Assembly (NCBI GenBank): GCA_013114725.1
Contig: QCWD01000015.1
Location: 1 to 24,000, forward strand
Direction: 5' to 3'
Source: Nitrososphaeraceae archaeon
Lineage (GTDB): Archaea; Thermoproteota; Nitrososphaeria; Nitrososphaerales; Nitrososphaeraceae
DNA length: 24,000 nt
Shown: positions 16,806 through 24,000 of the stretch, piece after piece
How the letters are laid out: every line of letters starts with the position of its first letter
Numbering within the stretch: the first letter of the stretch is position 1
The notes under the pieces: model-generated
What the model saw: the letters and a program-made list of their open reading frames with translations, nothing else
The model's database searches: none
Told to the model about the DNA's origin: nothing
Position numbers and translations under genes: made by a program

Positions 16806-17719
16806 GTAGTCTCGTCTATTATTTTCATAGCATCGTATAACTTTTTGTAGGACGTTTTTGGGCTATTATTTTTTTCAAAAAAAGATTGTACCTGGTTGAA
16901 AAGATTTACAAACTCATTCTTATTATTATTGGAGATCAAAGTACTGATTTTATTAGCTTCTTTCAAAAACAATTGTATGTCATCAAGTAGACGAGGATTA
17001 AAAAATAATAACGATGTCATCAATTGGGAATTATCAGTAAGTATACTCTCAGAAATTAGCGACTGCATTTTAAATGTTGTTCCGCCATATTTTTTAAATT
17101 CATCATAGTCAAGATTTGTGAGAAACTTGGCAAAAACCAGATTCATATAATGAGTAAACCCCAATACAACTGAAATTATTTTGTCATGGATTTCTGCTGA
17201 ATCGACTTGAATTATATTGGCACCTTCGAAAATTTTTTTAGCCAACAAGAATTCGTTTTGTTCATTTCTTACAGGAATTACTATTATTTTCATTTTATCA
17301 ATATTTTTTGCACCGGGTCCAAACATGGGGTGGATGCATAAAGGAACAAGATCTTGTCGTATGTTGATTAACGATTCGAATGATTGGTTTTTTATTGAAG
17401 AAATTTCAGAAATTATTGCTCCTGGTTTTGCATTTTTCGAACATTCAAATACAATTTCGGAAATATTTGAAATAGGGACACATATAAGAATCAGATCAGC
17501 GTTTTTTATACATGATATAATATCTTTAGTTATAATCAACTTTTTTTCATATTTACCTTCGTATATTTTAATTTTTGACTTTGTGTCATATAACTTGACC
17601 TTTTTAGACTCTAAGTTTAAAAAAAAAGTAGTGAACCAATCTCCCATTTTTCCTCCTGCAATTTTTCCTCCTGCACCAATAATAGCTACTTCATGAATGG
17701 TAATTTGTTCCATAATCAA
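16793..17719 (-). CDS. tyrA: prephenate dehydrogenase
   Basis: N-terminal Rossmann motif VAIIGAGGK(IAGGK)MGDWF and downstream CIHPMFGP, typical of prephenate/arogenate dehydrogenases. It is the last gene of the aro operon. The ATG at 17713 is an alternative to the TTG at 17719. Confidence 0.85.
   Translation of the reverse strand: MIMEQITIHEVAIIGAGGKIAGGKMGDWFTTFFLNLESKKVKLYDTKSKIKIYEGKYEKKLIITKDIISCIKNADLILICVPISNISEIVFECSKNAKPGAIISEISSIKNQSFESLINIRQDLVPLCIHPMFGPGAKNIDKMKIIVIPVRNEQNEFLLAKKIFEGANIIQVDSAEIHDKIISVVLGFTHYMNLVFAKFLTNLDYDEFKKYGGTTFKMQSLISESILTDNSQLMTSLLFFNPRLLDDIQLFLKEANKISTLISNNNKNEFVNLFNQVQSFFEKNNSPKTSYKKLYDAMKIIDETTYDL
17646..17675. repeat. perfect 15-bp tandem duplication (ATTTTTCCTCCTGCA x2) inside tyrA
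   Basis: Read directly: 17646-17660 and 17661-17675 are identical. On the coding strand this gives TGCAGGAGGAAAAAT x2 and duplicates the residues AGGK(I/M) in frame. Confidence 0.95.
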
Positions 17720-17723
17720 TCAT

Positions 17724-19118
17724 TCATATTATAAATTTCTCTAAAATATCCATGCCTTTTTTCAATAGTTCTGTGGGTTGACATGCAGATAATCGTATAA
17801 ACTCGTTGTATGATTTTCCAAATCCGCTGCCAGGAGATATTGCAACACCATGATCTAGCATGATATTTACTAGTTCCATATCATTTGAAAACCTTGTAGA
17901 GTTTAATTTTGGATAAACATACATAGCTCCATCGGGCTTAATAAATTTCAAACCAATTTTATTTAAACGCTCGACTATAAAATCAAGACGATCTTTTATC
18001 AAATCGCAGTTTGAATTTGTTTCATTTTCAAGAGCAGACAATGCACAATATTGCATTGGTTCAGCCACTGAAGTGATTGCTGTAGCCTGAATTTTTTTAA
18101 TTTTAGATATTATTGAAGTGGTAGAAATACAATAACCAACTCGAAAACCCGTCATGGCGTATCTTTTTGAAAAAGATGATATAATTATTCCATTCTCATA
18201 TTCATAATCTAATAAACTAGTAAATTTTTTAAATGAATAATCAGAATACACCTCATCGCTTAGAACATATAGATTATTTTTTCTAGCCATAGAAATAATT
18301 TTATCTAATACTGTTTTGTCTAGAATCTTTCCCGTAGGATTATTTGGATAGTTTAATACAATCATTTTGGTATTTACGTTTATCAATTTTTCCAAATTTG
18401 AGATATTTGGTGTCCAATCTTCATTAATGTTAGTATTTAATACTCTCGTTTTTATTCCAAGTAAATCTGCACATTCTTTATATGCAGGCCATGATGGTTC
18501 GATATAAATTAATTCGTCACCAAATTTTAATAGAGAAATAATTGCAGCAAATACCCCAAATCGACCTCCTGGTGTAATAATAATATTTTCAGGTGTTAAT
18601 TTCTTGTCAAGTTTTGTGGCAATGGATTCACGTAGTTTTGGAATACCAGAAATTTCGGTGTAATGATAATATTTCTTATCATAAACAGTGGATAGTACTT
18701 TTTTTATATTTTTAGGTGGTGGATAATCTGGTTCGCCTACCTCCATGTGTATTATTTTTTTACCTTTTTTCTCTAACTCTTTAGCCTTCATAAATATGGC
18801 CATATGAGTTTGAATGTTGTTATCAGTAGAATTTACGAAATTTTTCTGTATTTTTACTGATTCTTGTAGAATCAGGTTTATTATCTTCCCAGTAAATTCA
18901 TTGTCAAGTCCTAATTCATTAGAAAGAATAGAAACTTGATTTTTTAGTTCTTGTTCTACTTTTTCATCCTCAATATCTATATCCAATGTTTTTTTTATAT
19001 TACCAATTTGTTTTGACATGTCCATTCTTTTATGAATTTGTCTAATTATATCAAAAGTTATATCTCGTACTTGAATTCGCAGATCATCTAAGTGATTCTT
19101 ATCCAATTCATATATCAC
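17724..19118 (-). CDS. fusion protein: AroQ-type chorismate mutase (N-terminal, about 95 aa) plus class I/II PLP aminotransferase
   Basis: The N-terminus LDDLRIQVRDITFDIIRQIHKRMDMSKQIGNIKK...EDEKVEQEL has the AroQ helix pattern. The rest carries GEPDYPPP, NYPNNPTGK and SFSKRYAMTGFRVGY (PLP lysine motif). Confidence 0.85.
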   Translation of the reverse strand: MIYELDKNHLDDLRIQVRDITFDIIRQIHKRMDMSKQIGNIKKTLDIDIEDEKVEQELKNQVSILSNELGLDNEFTGKIINLILQESVKIQKNFVNSTDNNIQTHMAIFMKAKELEKKGKKIIHMEVGEPDYPPPKNIKKVLSTVYDKKYYHYTEISGIPKLRESIATKLDKKLTPENIIITPGGRFGVFAAIISLLKFGDELIYIEPSWPAYKECADLLGIKTRVLNTNINEDWTPNISNLEKLINVNTKMIVLNYPNNPTGKILDKTVLDKIISMARKNNLYVLSDEVYSDYSFKKFTSLLDYEYENGIIISSFSKRYAMTGFRVGYCISTTSIISKIKKIQATAITSVAEPMQYCALSALENETNSNCDLIKDRLDFIVERLNKIGLKFIKPDGAMYVYPKLNSTRFSNDMELVNIMLDHGVAISPGSGFGKSYNEFIRLSACQPTELLKKGMDILEKFII

Positions 19119-20229
19119 CAGATCTTTTATTATTTAAAACTGACGATATCATTCCATTTCTTATGGCATGGTCGGCAAGAATAATTGAAACTACAGATTC
19201 GATGATAGGAGGAGCCCTTGGAACAACACAAGGATCATGTCTTCCAGAAACTATCAGATCAGTTTCTTCACTCGTTGCTAAATTAAGAGTATGTTGTCTT
19301 TTAGCAATTGACGATGCTGGTTTAAATCCAGTGCGAATAACTAAAGGCATGCCATTTGAAATTCCACCTAAAATTCCTCCAGAATTATTAGTTTTTGTAA
19401 TAATTTCTCCTGATGATGATTTAATAAATAAATCATTATTCTCTGACCCCGTCTTTCTTGATCCATCAAAACCTGAACCAAATTCAACTCCTTTTACTGC
19501 AGGGATACTGAATAGTGCTTTACTAATGTCAGATTCTAATGAACCAAAAATCGGTTCCCCTAGGCCTACTGGAACGTTAATACTTACACATTCAACTATA
19601 CCACCAAGTGAATCTCCTTTTCTTTTAGCATTTAAAATAGCAGACCGCATATCTTCAGATTTTTTTTTGTCCGGACATCGAATATCATTATTATATGTAT
19701 TATCCTTTGCCTCTTGAAAAGAAATATCATCAGATCGGATTCCACCAATTTCAATAGTATAGGCAATTGTTTCAATTCCCAAAACTTGTTTTAACAACTT
19801 TTTTGCGACGGCTCCAGCCATAACAAAAGTAGCAGTCAATCGCCCCGAAAATCTACCACTTCCTCGATAATCAGCATATCCGCCGTATTTAATAAGAGAT
19901 GTATAATCAGAATGTCCTGGACGTGGAATTGATTTTATTGATTCATAAGGACGAGAATCTTGATCTTTATTCCATATTATCATACAAATTGGAGCTCCAG
20001 TTGTATGTTGGTTAAAAATTCCGGAAATTATTTCTACTTTATCGTCTTCTTTTCTTTGTGTGGTTATGTTTGATTGTCCCGGCTTTCGCAGGTCCAAAAG
20101 CGGTTGAATATCTGATTCGTTAAGTTTCATACCTGCTGGACACCCATCAATTAAAATACCGATACATTTTCCGTGACTCTCTCCGAAACTAGAAACTACG
20201 AAACGTTCACCAAGGATATTACCAGTCAT
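19108..20229 (-). CDS. aroC: chorismate synthase
   Basis: FGESHGKCIGILIDGCPAG, RPGHSDYT, GRLTATFVMAGAVAKK, GGISNGMPLV and SGRHDPCVVPRA are classic AroC signatures. Confidence 0.95.
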   Translation of the reverse strand: MTGNILGERFVVSSFGESHGKCIGILIDGCPAGMKLNESDIQPLLDLRKPGQSNITTQRKEDDKVEIISGIFNQHTTGAPICMIIWNKDQDSRPYESIKSIPRPGHSDYTSLIKYGGYADYRGSGRFSGRLTATFVMAGAVAKKLLKQVLGIETIAYTIEIGGIRSDDISFQEAKDNTYNNDIRCPDKKKSEDMRSAILNAKRKGDSLGGIVECVSINVPVGLGEPIFGSLESDISKALFSIPAVKGVEFGSGFDGSRKTGSENNDLFIKSSSGEIITKTNNSGGILGGISNGMPLVIRTGFKPASSIAKRQHTLNLATSEETDLIVSGRHDPCVVPRAPPIIESVVSIILADHAIRNGMISSVLNNKRSGDI

Positions 20230-20947
20230 ATGTTAAAATAAAGATAGTATAAAACTCAGATATATGGACTTTTGGTATGAATTTATTCAAGTATAAAAGA
20301 TGATAAATCGTTTTATAATGAATAAAATAGATAAAAAGTCGTATGAATTATACGAAATGGAATGTCCGAGTAAAATAAAATTTATTTTAGTGGTATATTA
20401 TTATATTATATGAAATATTAGAAATCAGTATTTTATTATATTGTACCCACCTAACGGAAATATGGAATATGTGGATCAAGATGTGCATCATTTTATGACC
20501 GGTATATTTTTTATTTAATATATAGGAACCAAGAAACAAGATAATTAAAAAGTTTGTCTATATGAAAATACTGATTCGAAAAATGGAACAGATATGCGTG
20601 AAAAAGAATATACATATTATTGTCATGTATAAAATATATCTATATCTTTTGGGTTAGAGTTAAATAAGTACTATTCCGGTAATATCAATATTGTAAGAGC
20701 TGTGTGAAATTTATGTGTCTATCTTTAACTTCTACAAAGTTTTGGATTAATGCAGGGATATATAGAATTATCAGTTTTTATCATTTTGTAAAGATATATG
20801 AAATATAAACGAGATAGAATAGAAGATTTTCCTTAAAGAATTTATGGGTATACATTTATAATTTGTGATGTAACTTATAGGATTTACTATTTTATTTTTA
20901 ATTGTTCTATTCATTTTATGTTTATCCATTCATCGAATAATTTGAGT

Positions 20948-20955
20948 GACAGATA
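20948..20955. repeat. left copy of the 8-bp direct repeat GACAGATA (putative target-site duplication)
   Basis: This exact 8-mer abuts the element terminus GACTCT. An identical 8-mer abuts the other terminus at 21678-21685. Confidence 0.7.
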
Positions 20956-21677
20956 GACTCTAATTTAACGAAAGATCTATAGCTGTGTACATCCTATTTC
21001 TAATCTATGACTATCAGATTTGAACGAAATAGAATATCCACAAGAGTAGTAATGTATTCTTTGTATCTATATTTTTTGGGTTTGAGTCTACGAAATACCA
21101 GTAAAGTAATAACCATCTTTGGAGATAATAAAAGAAGGTATCTGTCTGCCTTGAAATTGGTACAACGTTTTGGTTTTTTAGCTAAAAAGTCTATAGACGT
21201 AAAAGAATATCTGCATTTATCATTGATGAATTTTTATCAAAAAAAATCGACTGGAAACATTATTTTCTGTGGATTGCTACCGAACCTGTACATCATTCAA
21301 TCCGGGGAATCTTTTATCTAAAGATCTGATCGTAGAAATATGCTAGTTGCAGGGAAATTTATTGAATCATTGATTAGGAAGTATGGACATCATACGGTCT
21401 ACCCTGATTGAGGTATGTGGTATCCAGAGGCCTGCGTCACATTGGGACTAAAACGCTATCTACATTCACCGTATGAAAAAAGCATCATTGAACGAGTAAA
21501 CAAGTACATAAAAGACATAATTGAAAATTTCGTTGATTACTATCCATGTATAAAAAGATTGTAATTTAGTACGCATTTACAACTAGATATCCTTCTTTGT
21601 TTCAATTTACAACGAGACTAAAAAGAATAAATTCAAAATAGACTTAGGAAGTGAAGTTATCTTAACTTAACAGAGCC
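20956..21677 (+). mobile_element. decayed IS6-family-like insertion sequence (722 bp)
   Basis: Bounded by exact GACAGATA direct repeats. The imperfect terminal inverted repeats are GACTCTAATTTAACGAAAGAT and, for the right end in reverse complement, GGCTCTGTTAAGTTAAGAT. They share G(A/G)CTCT, TTAA and AAGAT. The internal reading frame has IS6/IS240-like DDE transposase segments. Confidence 0.7.
21007..21621 (+). pseudogene. IS6/IS240-like DDE transposase, inactivated by frameshifts and in-frame stops
   Basis: Frame 1 gives VVMYSLYLYFLGLSLRNTS...LVQRFG. The DDE segment [36 protein letters not shown] is readable only in a shifted frame. Frame 1 has TAA at 21319, then RNMLVAGKFIESLIRKYGHHTVYPD, TGA at 21409, then GMWYPEACVTLGLKRYLHSPYEKSIIERVNKYIKD...YYPC, and TAA at 21562. 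Confidence 0.75.
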
Positions 21678-21685
21678 GACAGATA
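21678..21685. repeat. right copy of the 8-bp direct repeat GACAGATA (putative target-site duplication)
   Basis: This exact 8-mer lies immediately after the element end ...CAGAGCC, about 30 bp downstream of the aroA stop. Confidence 0.7.
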
Positions 21686-21715
21686 CGTAGTGTTAAATAA
21701 ATTTAAAACAATGAA

Positions 21716-23071
21716 TTAATTAGAAAATTGAATATCTGCCCCTAGTTCTTTCATGTTTTGAATAAAACTAGGGAAAGATACGTCAACCGAATCAACACCA
21801 GATACTACAGAGCTATGGGTTAATAAACTTGCTATTGTGAAAGCCATGAATAACCTATGATCGCCATATGCATTTAACCTAGATCTTTTTATAGATGAAG
21901 GAGCAATAATTTTCAATGAATCTTGCGTTTCTGTTACATTAACGCCCATCTTTTGAAATTCGGTGGCAATATTGTGTACTCGATCGGTTTCTTTAAATCG
22001 TGCATGAGAAATTCCAGAAATAGTTACAGGTGATTTAGAAATTAACGACAAAATTGATACAACTGGCAACAGATCTGGTGAATTAAACAAATTACAATGT
22101 ATACCTTTCAGTTCATTTGATCTGTATATACGCATATTTCCATTAACCTTATCCACATTTATTTCACCCCCCATTTCCTTGACAATATCAATTATTTTCA
22201 TATCTCCTTGTGGAAGATCAAAATTTAAACCCGAGATAAGAATTGATTCTTTTGAAGACAAAATTCCTGCTGCAATCAATAGTGCACCAGTAGAAAAATC
22301 CCCTGGTACCGTAAATTCGGTCGGGATATAATGAGATCGTGGAATAAAATATTCAGAAGTGTCTGTATTAACGGATACACCAAAATGATTCATGGTTGCA
22401 ATGGTTGATTCTATATAAGGACTAGACACCTGTTTGCCAGATACCTTTAATGAAACATCTTTTTTAGAATAAATACAAGATATTAGAAGGGACGAAACAA
22501 ATTGACTTGAAATACTACCATCAATTATTGCAGTACCTCCTTTGATTCCACCTCCTTTTATAATTAAAGGTGGTGTTCCATTAGAATTACTAGAAAAAGA
22601 CTCTACACCTAGTTGATTGAGTGCAGAAATAATTGGTTTCATAGGACGTTTTCTAAGACTTTCATCACCAGTTAAGATGCTATATCCATTCCTAACTAAA
22701 CCAGACATTGAGGCTAAAATTCTAATAGTAGTACCTGAATTTTCTGCATTTATCACATCATCTGGAGTATCCAAGGTTTCTTTCCCACACACAATTAAAA
22801 CAGGTCTACCATGCAATTCGTTAGATTTTTCTTCACTATTGTCATTTTCTATTGTCTCTGAAATAGTTGCACCTAATTTTTTGCACCCATTTATTGTCGC
22901 GTTAGTATCACGCGAGAATAATGGATTAATAATTTTAGAACATCCAGAAGAAAGTGTGGCAATTGCTATTGCCCTATGGGTATAACTCTTACTTGGAGGA
23001 CAACGGATATTTCCTTCCAGATATGAACGATTAATTTTGATATTGTTATAACTACCCAACTGATCTTTCAA
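21716..23071 (-). CDS. aroA: 3-phosphoshikimate 1-carboxyvinyltransferase (EPSP synthase)
   Basis: PPSKSYTHRAIAIA, NSGTTIRIL, LRKRPM, SSQFVSSLL, FKETDRV and YGDHRLFMAF motifs. Its start overlaps the aroK end by 20 nt. Confidence 0.95.
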   Translation of the reverse strand: MKDQLGSYNNIKINRSYLEGNIRCPPSKSYTHRAIAIATLSSGCSKIINPLFSRDTNATINGCKKLGATISETIENDNSEEKSNELHGRPVLIVCGKETLDTPDDVINAENSGTTIRILASMSGLVRNGYSILTGDESLRKRPMKPIISALNQLGVESFSSNSNGTPPLIIKGGGIKGGTAIIDGSISSQFVSSLLISCIYSKKDVSLKVSGKQVSSPYIESTIATMNHFGVSVNTDTSEYFIPRSHYIPTEFTVPGDFSTGALLIAAGILSSKESILISGLNFDLPQGDMKIIDIVKEMGGEINVDKVNGNMRIYRSNELKGIHCNLFNSPDLLPVVSILSLISKSPVTISGISHARFKETDRVHNIATEFQKMGVNVTETQDSLKIIAPSSIKRSRLNAYGDHRLFMAFTIASLLTHSSVVSGVDSVDVSFPSFIQNMKELGADIQFSN

Positions 23072-23957
23072 CTTTAGCCTTTTGATTACTAATTTTGGAT
23101 ATCAATACTTTTCCGTATTCATCATAAATAGTAGTGATATTTGATAATCGTTCATTATCAACAATGGCAACAATCGCTGGTCCGTTGCCAGAAATACTTG
23201 TTCCAATCGCACCGTTTTCAATTGTGGTCATAAGTAAAGGTAGTTTATCTTGGTATAATAAAGAAGCAATTAATATTCCGTTCATATTCATTGCGTTCCA
23301 ATATGATCCTTTATTAGCAATTTGAAATAGTTCATCAAATAGAGATTTTAATATCTTCAAATTCTGGATGTTTTCGGATCTAGATTTATGTTGTGGTATA
23401 AGTATAACTGCATAAAGATTTTCATCTGATTCTTCCCTCTTTACCAGAAAATTCAAAAAATTTTTTGTAATGACGAAACCTCCAAAGTAACATGCTGTTG
23501 CATCATCGTATGCGCCTGTTATAGTTACTCCTGCTTGCCTTGATGCAGATACTGCAGCGCTTAATACCTTAAAATCATCTATCATACAAGGCTCATCAAC
23601 TTTAGTGAAATCAATTTCAGAATTATCAGGGGAAATTGGTATTCCATAGCAAGCAAGAGATACTGCATTTGATACGGCACTTGAGCTCTTTAATCCAAAT
23701 CCTGAAGGAATTTCAGAAATAACCTTCACTAGAAAATCATGTTTTTGAAAAAAAGATGAAGGAACTGAATTCCTTACAACATATTCAATAAAGGAATTCT
23801 TGTCATGGTCCTTTAAGGTGACCATGCCGCTGCCTAGATTACACTCAATTTCAGCTTTTACAGATAAAGAAATTCCTAATGCACAACCATTTCCTGTCGC
23901 TATAGCATTAACAATCGATACTGCCCCGTGCAAACTGGCGCGAGATATTAGTTTCAT
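23052..23957 (-). CDS. aroK: archaeal GHMP-kinase-type shikimate kinase
   Basis: N-terminus ASLHGAVSIVNAIATGNGCALGISL and GHMP motif SEIPSGFGLKSSSAVSNAV. It sits directly upstream of aroA, as in other archaea. Confidence 0.85.
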   Translation of the reverse strand: MKLISRASLHGAVSIVNAIATGNGCALGISLSVKAEIECNLGSGMVTLKDHDKNSFIEYVVRNSVPSSFFQKHDFLVKVISEIPSGFGLKSSSAVSNAVSLACYGIPISPDNSEIDFTKVDEPCMIDDFKVLSAAVSASRQAGVTITGAYDDATACYFGGFVITKNFLNFLVKREESDENLYAVILIPQHKSRSENIQNLKILKSLFDELFQIANKGSYWNAMNMNGILIASLLYQDKLPLLMTTIENGAIGTSISGNGPAIVAIVDNERLSNITTIYDEYGKVLISKISNQKAKVERSVG

Positions 23958-24000
23958 TTTGGTTCTCCAAAAATACCTAGAATAGATTTTTTCATAGATT
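23954..24000 (-). CDS. 3' end of the upstream operon gene (partial; possibly shikimate dehydrogenase by operon context only)
   Basis: The minus-strand frame reading ...SMKKSILGIFGEPK* is open to the window edge. Its TGA overlaps the aroK ATG (ATGA), matching the coupling seen elsewhere in this operon. Too little sequence is present to identify the product. Confidence 0.3.
   Translation of the reverse strand, partial: SMKKSILGIFGEPK

Noticed and set aside
17217-17696. 159-aa plus-strand ORF, plus the 70-aa ORF at 16896-17108.
   Set aside because: Both are antisense shadows of tyrA with no motifs.
4922-17719. Many called starts are TTG (cupin, zinc-finger ORF, hom, Ubl, the 243-aa secreted protein, the NCS1 permease, tyrA).
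   Set aside because: This may just reflect the ORF caller extending to the most upstream alternative start. It cannot be separated from real start-codon usage without N-terminal or TSS data, so it is not reported as a biological signal.
19163-19717. 184-aa plus-strand ORF.
   Set aside because: It lies entirely antisense within the well-supported aroC gene. Its composition is low-complexity Ser/Pro/Leu-rich, typical of a shadow ORF.
20230-20955. Looked for a second IS end or MITE in the aroC-proximal spacer, for example GTCTATCT near 20715 and TTAGAGTTAAAT near 20660, which resemble pieces of the IS termini.
   Set aside because: The matches are 8 nt or shorter, unpaired and in inconsistent order, so they cannot be told apart from chance in AT-rich DNA.
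23954-23995. A 13-codon mini-ORF MKKSILGIFGEPK bracketed by two ATGA overlaps. Its sequence vaguely resembles a shikimate dehydrogenase N-terminus.
   Set aside because: The same frame stays open to the window edge. The simpler reading is that it is the C-terminal tail of the upstream gene, so the resemblance is too short to mean anything.
1-24000. Scanned for CRISPR arrays, rRNA and tRNA genes, C/D-box sRNAs and defence-gene signatures.
   Set aside because: I saw no regularly spaced direct repeats, no GC-rich structured segments in any intergenic gap, and no ORFs with recognisable defence-system motifs (no cas, restriction-modification or toxin-antitoxin signatures). By-eye scanning cannot exclude small ncRNAs.

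Overview
This is a visibly AT-rich archaeal chromosomal segment, roughly 30% GC by eye (not computed). It is densely packed with about 30 genes. The gene content includes eL40, eS17, KEOPS Cgi121, tRNA-splicing endonuclease, a GHMP-type shikimate kinase, the UPF0200/UPF0201 pair and an archaeal UMP kinase. Together with the base composition, this suggests an ammonia-oxidising thaumarchaeon (Nitrosopumilales-like). That assignment is inference only. Positions 1-16800 are mostly housekeeping genes mixed with a few secreted or membrane proteins of unknown function. Positions 16793-24000 carry a minus-strand aromatic amino acid operon: (partial upstream gene)-aroK-aroA-[1.49 kb non-coding gap]-aroC-chorismate mutase/aminotransferase fusion-tyrA. 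The gap contains a decayed IS6-family-like insertion sequence flanked by an exact 8-bp direct repeat. I found no rRNA, tRNA, CRISPR array or recognisable defence system, and no convincing novel multi-gene system. The strongest observations are sequence-level lesions and oddities. These are the IS remnant splitting a translationally coupled operon, a perfect 15-bp in-frame tandem duplication inside the NAD-binding glycine loop of tyrA, and a frameshifted cupin gene. Others are an eL40 gene missing from the ORF track, a GG-terminated ubiquitin-like gene overlapping the eS17 stop codon, and a divergent pair of secreted proteins with His at the predicted mature N-terminus. All functional calls come from motif recognition by eye, not from database searches.
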